Source of the DNA: the human T2T-CHM13v2.0 reference genome, Homo sapiens
Assembly: GCF_009914755.1 (NCBI RefSeq)
Contig: NC_060939.1
Length of the DNA: 64,000 bases
Direction: 5' to 3' (one strand)
The notes under the pieces are model-generated. The model was given only the letters and a program-made list of their open reading frames with translations. It ran no database searches and was not told the DNA's origin. The translations under genes were made by a program, and so were the position numbers. Below are positions 32,064 to 59,329 of this stretch, piece by piece; within the stretch, counting starts at the first letter, position 1; the number at the start of each line of letters is the position of its first letter.

Positions 32064-33187
32064 AGCAAGACTCTATCTCAAACAACAACAACAACAAAGT
32101 CAAATAGAGCTTTAAACCTGAATCATTTACATCTTTACTTCATAAAATGTAAAACTACTTTTTTACCCAAGACTTAAAATATAGAATTATGTAACTTCTA
32201 CTTTAAACAAAATGAAAAATGTTTTGAGTATCAAACAGTATATTATCTACCTTGTAGACAGCATCTTCATCTAACACTGCCACTGTGTTAGCAATTCTTA
32301 AATGACATCAAACTAGAAGAAAAGCTGCTCCTACGTTGTTTTTATTTAATAAGACAAATTTGGCACTAGACTTTTTCTAGAAATAGCATTCATAGTATAT
32401 CGATATAATAGTAACATCTTGTTTTAGGTTAATGAATTCCTATTAGGAAGCAGCACTTTGGGACAGTTTTTAGTGACACTAATTTAATTCTATCATTATA
32501 GTCCTCTGACCTGCCTTAATTCCAGGATCATCTGAATTCTAGGTTAAGGAATGATTATTAGCCAAACCTGGAAACAACTACAAATTGTATTATTATAGGT
32601 AACCCCAATTTAATAGTGACTAAAAGTCATAACTGTCACCATTAAAAATAGCCATATTTCATATCTTCAAAACTATTCTATTTACAATACTTTATATAAT
32701 AAATAACTTACAGCAGTATAGTAACACGCCTCAAAAAAGTTCTTTTTTCACTAATTCCTAGAGGTTTCTTGGTTACTTTCCTTCATAAAAACACATCAAA
32801 TGTGAGTTTACACTATGAGAAAAACAGGATTTGAAAATAGATAGATATTTTCCATTATGGCACAAATGTTTAAGGCCGAGTCAGCACCAGAAATGTTCGG
32901 GGCCTGAACGTGTTTGTTTCCTCACATTAGTATGAAGAACTGTCTGAGTTGAGAAGGCTGAAAGGGGAGGGCAGCTTCTTCTTGACCTGAGGCCGTGCAG
33001 CCCCGACCGATGGGAGGCACAAGGTGCTGGCTGACTTCTGTCTGTTCTTGTTGGTGCCCCAACTCAGGAAGGAAAGCTTCTTGGAGATTTTCTGGGTTTT
33101 ATCAGTTTTGTTGTCATCATCAATGGCTAAGCAGATCATGGAGTACGTTTTCTGCATTCCCACGGAGTATGTGGCACTCTTATTATG
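32064..33187 (-). pseudogene. RHPN2P1: RHPN2-like last exon 15 (coding part 32927-33187, then 3'UTR)
   Basis: [86 protein letters not shown]; AG acceptor at 33188-33189. The lower boundary is inferred. Confidence 0.9.
32341..32350 (-). terminator. Candidate poly(A) signals (overlapping ATTAAA/AATAAA) in the pseudogene 3'UTR
   Basis: Plus strand tttatttaat, about 580 nt downstream of the stop codon. Confidence 0.3.
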
Positions 33188-33252
33188 CTGCACATAGAAA
33201 AGAAAAAGGGCGTCAGACATCATCAAGATAGATGATAAAAACTACGAAGTTT

Positions 33253-43520
<10,268 letters not shown>

Positions 43521-43711
43521 GAAAAAGTTTGCCAATTTTCTCTTTGACCCAAGGTGAGCACATTACAGTGATTACAAGCCTGGGAGTCCAGTCATTTGTA
43601 CCATGTTACACAGGCAGGAGACAGAGGGTCTGATAAACACCTCTGGGGCTGAACTCATGCAGATTTCACTCCACACCACTACTGACTGCCCAGAGAGGTG
43701 TCAGTGCTCAC

Positions 43712-43867
43712 CATGGATGATGTGGAGTCCAGGAGGCTCACAACTTTCATCTCGATCTCGTCCTCACCAAAGCTCTTCAGCAGCTTCATAACCTCACTCA
43801 CCGTCAGCCACTTACAATCCACAAGCTGAATGGAGACAATATAATCTCCTCCCCGGGCTCCTGCCAC
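43712..43867 (-). pseudogene. RHPN2P1: RHPN2-like exon 14 (156 nt, PDZ C-half)
   Basis: VAGARGGDYIVSIQLVDCKWLTVSEVMKLLKSFGEDEIEMKVVSLLDSTSSM; AG/GTGAG. Confidence 0.94.
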
Positions 43868-44018
43868 CTGAAAAAGTATTGTTGAAAATAAGTCAACGTT
43901 TTGTTCACTCAAATCCTTGAATCAGTCCCCATTAACAAAATAGGTATTTGCGTAAGTTCGCATCAAGAAAGCAAAAATTCACTTTGGGTGGCTGAGACGG
44001 GTAGATCACTTGAGGTCA

Positions 44019-44384
<366 letters not shown>

Positions 44385-45005
44385 TCACACTTGTAATCCC
44401 AGCACTTTGGGAGGCTGAGGTGGGCAGATCACAAGATCAGGAGATCAAGACCATCCTGGCTAACACGGTGAAACCCCGTCTCTACTAAAAACACACAAAA
44501 AATTAGCCGGGCATGGTGGCACGCACCTGTAATCCCAGCTACTCAGCAGGTGGAGGCAGGAGAATTACTTGAACCCAGGAGGTGGAGGTTGCAGTGAACC
44601 AAGATCGCGCCACTGCACTCTAGCCTGGGCGACAGAGCGAGACTGTGTCTCAAAAAACAAAAACAAAAACTAAAATTAGCTGAGTCTGGTGGCACGTGCC
44701 TGTAATCCCAGCTACTCAGGAAGCTGAGACAGGAGAATCACTTGAACCCAGGAAGCAGAAGCTGCAGTGAGCCCTGAGATCGCGCCACTGCATGATGACG
44801 ACTCACTGCAGCCTCCACCTCCCAACGTCTAAAAAAATACTAAAAACAAAATAAAGACAGTAAAAATTAATCCTTTTCTTTTAGGGAATGTAGCACCCAT
44901 GAGGCCTTTCACATCAAGTCAGGCCTTTGACGTGGGTGAACCCGCCCTAAATTCAATCACCCAGATATCTGTATTTGCTGCCAACCAAGAAAAGCATGTG
45001 CTTAC

Positions 45006-45152
45006 CAAGGCAGAGCAGTAAGGATCCAGGAAGTGAACCTCAACGGGGGCGTTCCCTCTTAAGGTGAACCCCAAGTCCCCTTCTTCTGCGGTGAAGCGGT
45101 TGCTTCGAGGAGGCATCCACTGCTTGTTAGCCAAAAACACAGATAAGGGGCC
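45006..45152 (-). pseudogene. RHPN2P1: RHPN2-like exon 13 (147 nt, PDZ N-half)
   Basis: GPLSVFLANKQWMPPRSNRFTAEEGDLGFTLRGNAPVEVHFLDPYCSAL; AG/GTAAG. Confidence 0.94.
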
Positions 45153-45503
45153 CTTTGGAAGAGAGCATCGTTAGGTGTAGGATTTGAAGGCTAGATCAGA
45201 CGCTTGAAAGCTAAAGGGAATTTTGCCTGCTGTCCTTGAAGATCTCACTTGGCCTTGTTCAGGGACAAATGACACATCTGGGGGCATACATGCTACAGCA
45301 GTCATGCAAGAAGCTGGAAAGCCATCTTCTCAAACATACCCAATATATTTTCAATAAAATTATCTTTTAGACATTGTATTAATTATCTTTTTCTTTTCTT
45401 TTTTTTTGAGACATTGTCTCACTCTATCACCCAGGCTAGAGTGTGGTGGTGTGATCTCGGTTCACTGCAGCCTCTGCCTCCCGGGTTCAAGTAATTCTCC
45501 TGA

Positions 45504-45686
<183 letters not shown>

Positions 45687-46147
45687 TAAATAAAATATCT
45701 AATATAAACAATTTAAGACCAGGCATGTCATGCCTGTAATCCTAAGCACTTTGTGTGACCAAGGCAGAAGGATTGCTTGAGGCCAGAGGTTTGAGACCAG
45801 CTTGGGCAACATAGCGGGAACCATTCTCTACTAAAAACATAAAAGAATTAGCCAGGCATGGTGGTGCACGCCTATGGTTCCATCTACTCAGGCTGCTGAG
45901 GCAGGAGGACTTCTTGAGCCCAGCAGTTCGAGGCTTCAGTGAACTGATTGTGCCACTGCACTCCAGCCTGGGTGAAAACAGAGTTAGACCCTGTCTAAAA
46001 AAAAAAAAAAAAAAAGGAAAAAAATCTCAGGTCAGGCATAGTGGCTCATACCTGTAATCCCAGCACTCTGGGATGCCTAGGCAGGAGGATGGTTGGAGCC
46101 CAGGAGTTTGAGACCAGCCTAGGCAACATAGCAAGACCCCATCTCTA

Positions 46148-46282
<135 letters not shown>

Positions 46283-46371
46283 CTAGGTGACACAGTGAGA
46301 CCACATCTCTAAAAAAAATTAAAAAATATTTTAAAAAATTTCAAATAGACAATACCTAAAAACTACTTTTA

Positions 46372-47104
<733 letters not shown>

Positions 47105-47167
47105 CCATACTCACCAAAGTGAAGAGCTGTCCCCTTAGGTCATTTATGTAGAGAGCTTTCAACATAC

Positions 47168-47244
47168 CAGCTTCTAGAAGAAGTCCGTGACTGTCAGCTT
47201 GGAGAACTGGGGTAATATAATGTCAACCTCTTGCTCAGTTTTAG
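47168..47244 (-). pseudogene. RHPN2P1: RHPN2-like exon 12 (77 nt) with premature TAG
   Basis: AKTEQEVDIILPQFSKLTVTDFF*KL; TAG at 47174-47176; AG/GTATG. Confidence 0.93.
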
Positions 47245-47323
47245 CTAGAATAGAGGATTAGAAATGGGAGGATAAATGTTTCTGTAATTGAAAGTGATCC
47301 TTATAGCCCGGTGTTGTGGCTCA

Positions 47324-47851
<528 letters not shown>

Positions 47852-47864
47852 TCATAAAACCCTA

Positions 47865-48005
<141 letters not shown>

Positions 48006-48703
48006 TTAGCCAGGCGTGGTGGCACGCACCTGTAGTACCAGCTACTTGGGAGGCTGAGGCTTGAACCAGGGAGGCAGAGGTTGCAGTGAGCTGAGATCAC
48101 ACCACTGCACTCCAGCCTGGGTGACAAGAGCAAAACGACCTCTCAAAAACAAACAAACAAACAAAAAACCTATTGAGAAGTCATCTATGTTTCAAGTATT
48201 ATTGTTATGGAAGTTCCATGCCTCACTGGACACAGTCCTGGGATATTGAGCTTTCTGTTTTCAACATTATTACTATTTTGAGACAGGGTGTCGCTCTGTC
48301 GCGCAAGCTGGAGTGCAGTGGTGCGATCACAGCTCTCTTGCAGCTTGACCTCCTGGACTCAAATGATTCTCCTGCCTCAGCCTCCCGAGTAGCTGGAACT
48401 ATAGGTATGCACCACCACACCTGATGAATTTTTTTTAAATTTTTTGTAGAGATGGGGTCTCACTATGTTGCCCAGGCTGGTCTCAAACTCCTGAGCTCAA
48501 GTAATCCTCCTGCCTCGGCCTCCCAAAGTGCTGAGATTAGAGGTTTGAGCCACCGTGCTTGACCTTTTCATTATTAATGTGGTATGAGGATTTCCCAGTG
48601 AAAAGGAGGTTTGGCAAATCATAACCATTGACAGCTACATACCCCCACCAGCATCTTCACAGCAGGCTCGGACTACCCTTAACATAAGGCTGGTCAATTT
48701 CTA

Positions 48704-49408
<705 letters not shown>

Positions 49409-49532
49409 CCGCAGATGGAAGCCAGCACCCACGTGACCTGCAGATCCACCAAGCAGAGCATAAGGGCCCAAGGGGCAGCCCAAGAGGTTGGACGTTCTCT
49501 TTTCTAAAGAATCTGCCTGGATAGCTAGAGCC

Positions 49533-50052
49533 CGTGATACCCTACCTTGTTTTAACCTGAGTGACTCTCTCCTAGCAGAGAGAGCCGGACAGACTCCATT
49601 TTAGTTTCTTCACTTGCAGCCCCCTTTATCCCCCTTAAGGGAACAACTAGTGTAAGCTGACTCCAAGCACATCCAGGAACGCAAACTGCTGATAAGATAC
49701 TGAGGCAGGCTGTACCAGCAGCTCCTGGGGATGTGCTCAGTGGCAGGTACCTAAAGCCCCTGCATTTATCTCTCAGTGATAGTTTAAGCCCCTGCACCTG
49801 GAACTGTTTATTTTTTGTAACTGCTTCTATAACCAATTACTTTTTTTAACTTCTTGCCTATTCTGCTTCTGTAAAATTGCTTCAGTTAAACCCCCCTCCC
49901 CTATTTAGACCATAGTATAAAAGAAAATCTAGCCCCTTCTTCAGGCCCGAGAGAATTTCGAGCATTAGCCGTCTCTCAGTTGCCGGCTAATAAATGACTC
50001 CTGAATTAGTCTCAAAGTGTGGCGTTTCTCTACAACTCGCTTGGTTACAACA
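49533..50052 (+). mobile_element. ERV1-class solo LTR (LTR15-like, subfamily uncertain)
   Basis: Perfect 4-bp TSD agcc (49529-32 / 50053-56), ends in acaaca, TATA (gtataaaag ~49915) and AATAAA (~49989). Confidence 0.85.
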
Positions 50053-50209
50053 AGCCTTTTATTAAAATATTATTTTATTTCATTTTATATTTTATATTTA
50101 GAGACAGGGTCTCACTTTGTTTCGCATGCTGGAGTACAGTGGTGCAATCATGGCTTACCACAGCCTCAAACTCCTGGGCTCAACTGAAATTCCCACTTCT
50201 GACTCTTGA

Positions 50210-50533
<324 letters not shown>

Positions 50534-50658
50534 TGAAGACAGATAACTAACAAGACAAGAAATATGTAATGGATGGGGTGGTGATGAGGTTATAGAGAAA
50601 AATAAAGCAGGGTAAGCAGAGATGGTAGGAGAAGACTGGGAATGGGGTTGTCCTATGA

Positions 50659-51000
<342 letters not shown>

Positions 51001-51539
51001 TGAGCAGAGCCCTGATGGATGTGAAAGAGCAGCAGGTGCGAGGGCCCTGGAGCAGGGGCACGCACAGGTGTTCAAGGGCAAGGAGAAGCTAAGGCGTGCC
51101 TGGAGGCAGGGAGGGTGGGACAGAATGAGTGCAGGGAAGGAGCAAGGCCAGATCATGGCGGATCTCACGCGTGCAAGATAAGGGCTCTCACTCCTGTTCT
51201 GCTTGAGATGGGAGCCCACTGGGGTGTGAGCAGGAGACTGATGTGATCTGGCCTGCATGACCAGACTCTGAAGGGGCAGCAAGAAAACCAGCTATGAGCA
51301 GGGCAAGCCACGTGACCGCTCTGGGTCTCAGTTTCCTCAGCTGTAAAATGGGGATGCCATGAGACCCACCTCATAGTGTTGCGTGGGGTTTAAGTGAGTA
51401 AATGTTTCTTACATAAGCACTGTACACATGTGGCTTCCACCAGGGCAGCAGGGTTAAAGTGGCCAGATTTGAGTGTGTCTTCTAGGTACAGCCAAAGGGA
51501 TTTGCTAATCAAATGTAGGGTGAGAAAGTAAGACAAGAG

Positions 51540-51970
51540 GTTAGGTGTGGTGGCTCGTGCCTGTAAACCCAGCTCTTTGGGAGACAGAGGCAGGAGGATC
51601 GCTGGAGGCCAGGAGTTCAAAACCAGCCTGGGCAACATAGTGAGACGGCATCTCTACAAAAACCTTTTTACAATATTAGCCGGGCATGGTGGTGCATGCC
51701 TATAGTCCCAGCTACTCAGCAGGCTGAGGCAGGAGGATCACTTGAAGCCAGGAGTTCAAAACCAGCCCGGGCAACATAGTGAGACCGCATCTCTACAAAA
51801 ACCTTTTTACAATATTAGCCGGGCATGGTGGTGCATGCCTATAGTCCCATCTACTCAGCAGGCTGAGGCAGGAGGATCACTTGAAGCCAGGAGTTCGAGG
51901 CTGCACTGAGCTGTGATTGCACTACTGCACTGCAGCCTGGGGGACAGCAAGACGCTGTCAAAGAAAGCAA
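51540..51970 (+). mobile_element. Old Alu with an internal 139-bp tandem duplication
   Basis: Units 51611-51749 and 51750-51888 differ at about three positions. Confidence 0.92.
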
Positions 51971-52712
51971 ATGAAAGAAAAGGAAAGAGGAAAGGAGGGA
52001 AGAAGGGTAGATGGGGAGGAGAGAAAGAGAGAAAGAAAGAAAGAATAAAGGAGAGGAAAGGAAAGGGAAAGAAAAGGAAAGCAACAAGGAACAAGAAAAG
52101 GGGAGGAGAGGGGAGGGGATGAGGGGAGAGGGGAGGGGATGAGGGGAGAGGGGAAGGGTGAGGGGAGAGGAGGAAGGATGAGAGGAGAGGGGAGGGGAGA
52201 GGAGGAGAAAGGGGAGTGAAGGGGAGGTGGGAGAGGGGAGGAGAGGAGAGGAGGGGAAGGATGGGAAGGGAGGGGAGGGGAGAAAGGGAAGGGAGGGGAG
52301 GAGAGGGAGGAGGGGAGGAGAGGAGAGGGAGGAGGGGAGGAGAGGAGAGGGAGGAGGGGAGGGGAGGAGAGGGAGGAGGGGAGGGGAGGAGAGGGAGGAG
52401 GGGAGGGGAGGAGAGGCAGGAGGGGAGGGGAGGGAGGAGGGGAGGGAGGAGGAGAGGGGAGGAGGGGAGGGGAGGAGAGGGGGGAGGAGAGGGAGGAGGA
52501 GAGGAGAGGGAGGACAGAGGAGAGAGGAGAGGGAGGACGGTGGAGAGAGGAGAGCAGGGGAGGGGAGAAGAGAGGGGAGAGAAGGGGAGAGGAGGGGAGG
52601 GGAGGGTAACAGAGGGGAGGGAAGAGGAGGGGAGAGAACGGGACAGGAGGGGAGGGGAGGGGAGCAGAGGGGAGAGGAGGGGAAAGAGGAGGAAAGAAAA
52701 GAAGAGTGGAGA
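51960..52712. repeat. ~750-bp GA-rich polypurine low-complexity tract
   Basis: Almost exclusively G/A on the plus strand (gaggggaggagaggg-type units), continuing from the Alu tail. Confidence 0.97.
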
Positions 52713-53233
52713 GTGAGTCCAAGGTTTCTGGCCTGAGCACCTAGAGGGGTGGGAGTTGCCATCACTGAGACGGGGAAGCTGCGTATGTGTGCGTGGGGGC
52801 AGATTAGGGTGGTGGAGGTGAGGTCTGCACATGGGAAGAGATAGTCACACTGAGACATGGCAGAGACCAAACCAGGACACTTCATTACCAGTCATTAGGT
52901 GTTCTTGGTAATTCAGCCATGCATAAAGAAATCAACAAACGTTTCCTTCCCTGTTAGCATGATACAGGCCACCCTATGGACCCCAAGGGAGATGGTTAAA
53001 GTCCTGGCTCCACAGTGGGAGGCCTGGGTGCTATGGAACCCATGAGAACACAGCCTGGGAAGCCCTCTGAGGCTCAGGACTGCACCTCATGACTTCTGAA
53101 CCCAAAGTGGCCACGATGACTTGGAACACCCCCCTCTCCCAGGCCCTCTTCAGGGACCTCTCTGTGGCTGTCTGTGAGCAGGATCAGCTGGGCACAAAGT
53201 GGGACCCACATGTGGATGCAGAGGGACACACAC

Positions 53234-53353
53234 CCAGCTGTCGGCGCTGCTGATCATTCTTCAGTGTGGCCAAGGGTGTCAGCCCCTCTGGCATGTGGTC
53301 GTAGAGCTGGGACAGGCACTTCTCCTGGTGGTCCAGATCCATGCCTGGCTTCA
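53234..53353 (-). pseudogene. RHPN2P1: RHPN2-like exon 10 (120 nt)
   Basis: VKPGMDLDHQEKCLSQLYDHMPEGLTPLATLKNDQQRRQL; AG/GTGTGT. Confidence 0.93.
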
Positions 53354-53838
53354 CTGCAAAGAGAACCACAGGTTAAATCCCCTCTCATGGATCTGGCCAC
53401 AGACCCACATAGAGATTTCTCTTTCTACCATGTCTCTAGTTTCCTTTCTTCTGCAGTTTCACAAGGCATTTGGGATCCTCGCTCTCCTTTCTGCCCCTGG
53501 ACACACCCCAGGCAGTCTGACCCTCAAGCTTTTTTTTTCTTTGAGACGGTCTCACTCTGTCACTCAGGTTGGAGTGTGGTCTCACTCTGTCACCAGGCTG
53601 GAGTGCAATGGCACAATCATAGTTCACTGCAGCCTTGAACTCCTGGGCTCAAGTGATCCTCCCACCTCAGCCTCCTGAGTAGTTAGGACTACAGACATGC
53701 ACCACCACATGCCAGGCCAATTTTTAAATTTTTTTGTAAAGATGAGGTCTTGCTACATTGCCCAGGCTGGTCTCAAACCCCTGGGTTCAAATGATCCTCC
53801 TGCCTTAGCCTCCCAAATTGCTGGGATCAAATGTGTGA

Positions 53839-54135
<297 letters not shown>

Positions 54136-54289
54136 TGATCCACCCAGCTCGGCCTCCCAAAGTGCTGGGATTGTAGGTGTGAACCACCACACCCGGTGAG
54201 GTTCATAATTTGACCCTGAGCCCCCACACGCTACCTCCTCTGACTCACCCACCACACAGAACCTCCTAGCATAGCCCAGACCCTGTCAT

Positions 54290-54345
54290 GCCTGGCCTGC
54301 ACCCCTCTGCAGGCCTGCACCCCTCTGCAGGCCTGCACACCTGCA
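54290..54345. repeat. 18-bp tandem repeat x3
   Basis: ggcctgcacccctctgca repeated, third copy degenerate. Confidence 0.8.
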
Positions 54346-55270
54346 GCACAGCCCCTTCCTGCTTCAACCACACCCTCCCTGGTGCATATCCTGCTCTCAA
54401 ACCTCACAAAACCACTCTCCACTTCCCCAGCACCCTCGGCCTCTATTCCTGTGCTCAGACACTTTACTCCCTCTAGGCTGACCCTGCCCTCCTGTGCAGA
54501 TGGAAAAGTTGAACTCAAATGTCACCGCCTCTGAGAAGCCATCAATGACTGCACCATGGAGTCCACCTTCTGCTGCATTTGTGTCTCTGCAGCAATCACC
54601 AAGGCACTATATGGTATTTCTATTTGTTTCCACATCTTGTCTCACCTAATAGACTGTATAGTACTAGGAGTGGTGGCTCACACTTTCAGAGAACCTACAG
54701 CATATAAAGCATTATTGAGCTTTGCATACAGGCCCTTCATTTTCATGACAGCCTGTGAGGTAGAGTCTCTCCATATACCCATTTTACAGATGAGAAAATC
54801 GAGGCAGAGGACAGCTAAGTAACTTGCCCAAGGTAATACAGCTCATTCATGGCAGAGCTGAGATATGAACCCAGGAAGTCTGGCTCCAGAGGCTGTCTTT
54901 TTAATTCCTCAGGAGGCTGCCTGGATTAGTACTCATTAGATCAAAAATCCCTGGCCAGGCACCGTGGCTCATGCCTGTAATGCCAACACTTTGGGGAGGC
55001 CAAGGCAGGACAATTGCTTGAGGCCAGGAGTTTGAAACCAACCTAGGCAACATAGTGAGACTCCATCTCTACAAAAAAAATTTTTTTCAATTAACTGGTG
55101 TAGTGTCATGTGCCTGTAGTCCCAGGTATTCAGGAGGCTGAAGTAGGAGGATCGCTTGAGCCCAGGAGTTCAAGAAGGCAGTGAGCCATGATCATACCAC
55201 TGCACTCCAGCCCCACCCCAAAAAATAAATTAAATTAAATTAAATTAAATTAAATTAAATTAAATTCTGA

Positions 55271-55678
<408 letters not shown>

Positions 55679-55945
55679 TAGATTCTAGATTCCAGGTGAA
55701 AATTCATCCTCTTGCACACAGGCAGAATTAAAGGTGCCTCCTCTTCCTCTCTCTAAAGAAGCTTATAACCCCTAACCCCACCATGGCCTGTGCAGCAGCT
55801 GCCTCAGTCATGGGTCATTCTCATCCTCTGCCTTCAGCCTGTGAGCATCTCCAGGGAAGGCAGTTAGCTCTCGCTCAGCTCAGAATCACCCCTGGGGCAG
55901 CTGGACCACAGCCCTGGCCAAACCCCTGAACCCCACAGGCCTTAC

Positions 55946-56102
55946 CCTGGTGGTCAATGAGGAGGATGGCAGTGAAGTAGTGGGCCAGCGCCGTGTAGTG
56001 GTGGGCCTTCACGCAGGCCAAGCTGGCCCAGGAGTAGGGGATGTTCTCTTTCACCAGCGCCTGGCTCATGGCTGCGTGCAGCTGTTGGTAGACCTCTCCC
56101 AC
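55946..56102 (-). pseudogene. RHPN2P1: RHPN2-like exon 9 (157 nt)
   Basis: VGEVYQQLHAAMSQALVKENIPYSWASLACVKAHHYTALAHYFTAILLIDHQ; AG/GTAAG. Confidence 0.94.
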
Positions 56103-56511
56103 CTGAAATAGAAGGGGCATTGGGAAGGGGCAGCCCGGCACAAGGGCCCTCATGAACCCATTTGCAGAGAAAGAGCCCTTTCTTCTTCTCATGCAACAGC
56201 CCCTGCCAGGGGCTGCTCCAGAATCTGGGAGCAACTCCAAGCAACCCCTCATTCTGTCACTGTCACAGTTAACAGGGGGATCAGGCTGCTGTCATTATGC
56301 TGGTTTTTAGGTTAAGCTGCACATGGAATCAGTGATCCGTATCTGAAACACCAACACTTGCCAAGAAAACTCAAGCCAGCAGTACTGGCCGGAGCTGGCA
56401 CAATGCCCAGGTCACAGGCAAGCTCCCGTGGGAAGGCCCCGCTACTTCCAGTGCTCCTGTGCCAGCATTTACCGCCCACTCCCCAAAGTCACAGGAACCA
56501 GGGAGTCTTAC

Positions 56512-56699
56512 CTTGGCAGCCTCCTGAGCCACCTTCACCAGCATGAAGAATTCATTCCGGATCCCAGGAAGGCTGATTTTCTCAAACACGCTTTCTTGGG
56601 CTTGTGTAAGCATCATTTTGACAAGCACGCTGAGCATGGCAGGGCTCATGTCGTAACTTGGAGTATGGGTAAATGTCTCTTTCAGGTAGTTTAAAACCC
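56512..56699 (-). pseudogene. RHPN2P1: RHPN2-like exon 8 (188 nt)
   Basis: [63 protein letters not shown]; AG/GTAAG. Confidence 0.94.
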
Positions 56700-57689
56700 C
56701 TAAAAGTGGAAAATGTTTTGCCCATTAGTTCGGGTTTACATTTACTTCATCACGTTGCTGTAGAGAAAGATAGGAGGCCAGGTGCGGTGGCTCATGCCCA
56801 TAATCCCAACACTTTGGGAGGCCAAAGCGAGCAGATCACTTGCATCAGGAATTTAAGACCAGTGTGGGCAACATGGTGAAACCCTGTCTCTACAAAAAAT
56901 ACAAAAATTAGCTGGGTGTGATGGCGTGCACCTATAGTCTCAGCTCCTCTGGAGGCTGAGGCAGGAGGATTGCTTGAGCCCAGGAGACAGAGGTTGCAGT
57001 GAGCTGATATCTCACCACTGCACTCCAGACTCCGTCTCAAAAAAAAAAAAAAAAAAAAAAAAAAGGAAAGATAGGAGAAAAAAAAAAGAACCAGTGTCCT
57101 ACAACATATTAAAAAGTTTGATTCTCAATTATATGGTCCAGCAATTCCACTCTTATGATATATATCCCCAAACAGTTGAAAGTGGGGGCTTAAATGATAC
57201 TTGAACACCTGTGTTAATAGCAACATTATTCACAAGAGCTGAAAAGTGGAAACCACCCAGACATCCATGAGCAGATGAATGATTAAACACAATGTGGCCT
57301 ATCCATACAATGGAATATTTTTCAGCCTTAAAAAGGAATGAAATTCTGACATATGGTACAGTGTAAATAAGGGCATTATGCTAAGTGAAACAAGCCAGTC
57401 ACAAAAGGACCAATATTGTAGGATTCCATTTAGATAAGGTACCCGGAATAGTCAAATTCACAGAAACAGAAAGGAGAATAGAGGTTAGCTGGGGCTGGGA
57501 AAGGGGGCAATGGGAAGTTATTGCTTAACTGAGTAAGTACAGAGCTTTGCTTATCCATCATCCAGATGGAAAAGTTCCGGAGATAGCTGGTCACAGGGGC
57601 TGCTGCCTATAATCCCAGCTACAAGGGAGGCTGAGGTGGGAGGGTTGCTTGACATTAAGAGTTCAAGACCAGCCTGGGCAACATACTGA

Positions 57690-57992
<303 letters not shown>

Positions 57993-58315
57993 TAAAGTAC
58001 TGAGATTACAGGTGTGAGCCACCTTGCCTAACCAACAAAAAAAATTTTTAACTTCCGGAGATGTTTAGTGGTAATGGCTGCACAACACTATGAATGTACA
58101 AATGCACTTAATGCCATTGAACTGCACACTTCAAAATGGTTAAAATGTGCTTCTGGTTGGCAGATAATTTTAAAATTTTAAAAATTTAAGATAATCATTA
58201 AAATGGTAATTTTATGTTCTGTGTTATTTTACTATAATAAAAAACTGGTTAAAATAGTCCATTTTAAGTTATATATGTATATTTTAACACTATTTATTTA
58301 TTTATTTATAAATAA

Positions 58316-58438
<123 letters not shown>

Positions 58439-58441
58439 TAG

Positions 58442-58594
<153 letters not shown>

Positions 58595-58997
58595 TAAAAT
58601 TGGATTGTCTTCCAAAACACTTACATCTCTATTGAGTAGAGAAACCAGCCTGCTCCCCACAACTCCTGTGTCACCTGGGACAAAATTCCATCATGACAGG
58701 TATGGAGATGCAAGCAGACAGCAGGCAGAAGGACTGAGGGGCTCACAGGCGGCCAGGCTCACACATAAGATCTGAGTCATTCAGCAGTCCAGGGCTTTTC
58801 CCCTGGACCTCAAGAAAGATCTATTCTGGCCAGGTGCGGTGGCTCATGCCTCTAATCCCAGCACTTTGGGAGGCCGAGGCGGGTGGATCACCTGAGGTCA
58901 GGTTCAAGACCAGCCTGGCCAACATGGCAAAACCCTGCCTCTACTAAAATTATAAAAATTAGCCAGGCATGATGGTACACACCTATAATCCCAGCTA

Positions 58998-59127
<130 letters not shown>

Positions 59128-59292
59128 TCAATCCGTCTGCTCCAATGGAAATTTTCATGCTGCAGCCTTCCACTGACTTCTTTATAGTTTAGAAAATTAA
59201 CTGTCCAAAGCGCTAACTGACAATCAATCTGGAACTGAAATAGAGTCTCTCATATGAATCCCATCCAACTGGGTCCTCTGGTTTTGTTGCTG

Positions 59293-59329
<37 letters not shown>

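Noticed and set aside
51851-52885. Long Pro/Ser/Leu-rich and Gly/Glu/Arg-rich ORFs (up to 344 aa)
   Set aside because: They translate the GA/CT low-complexity tract, which lacks stop codons in several frames on both strands.
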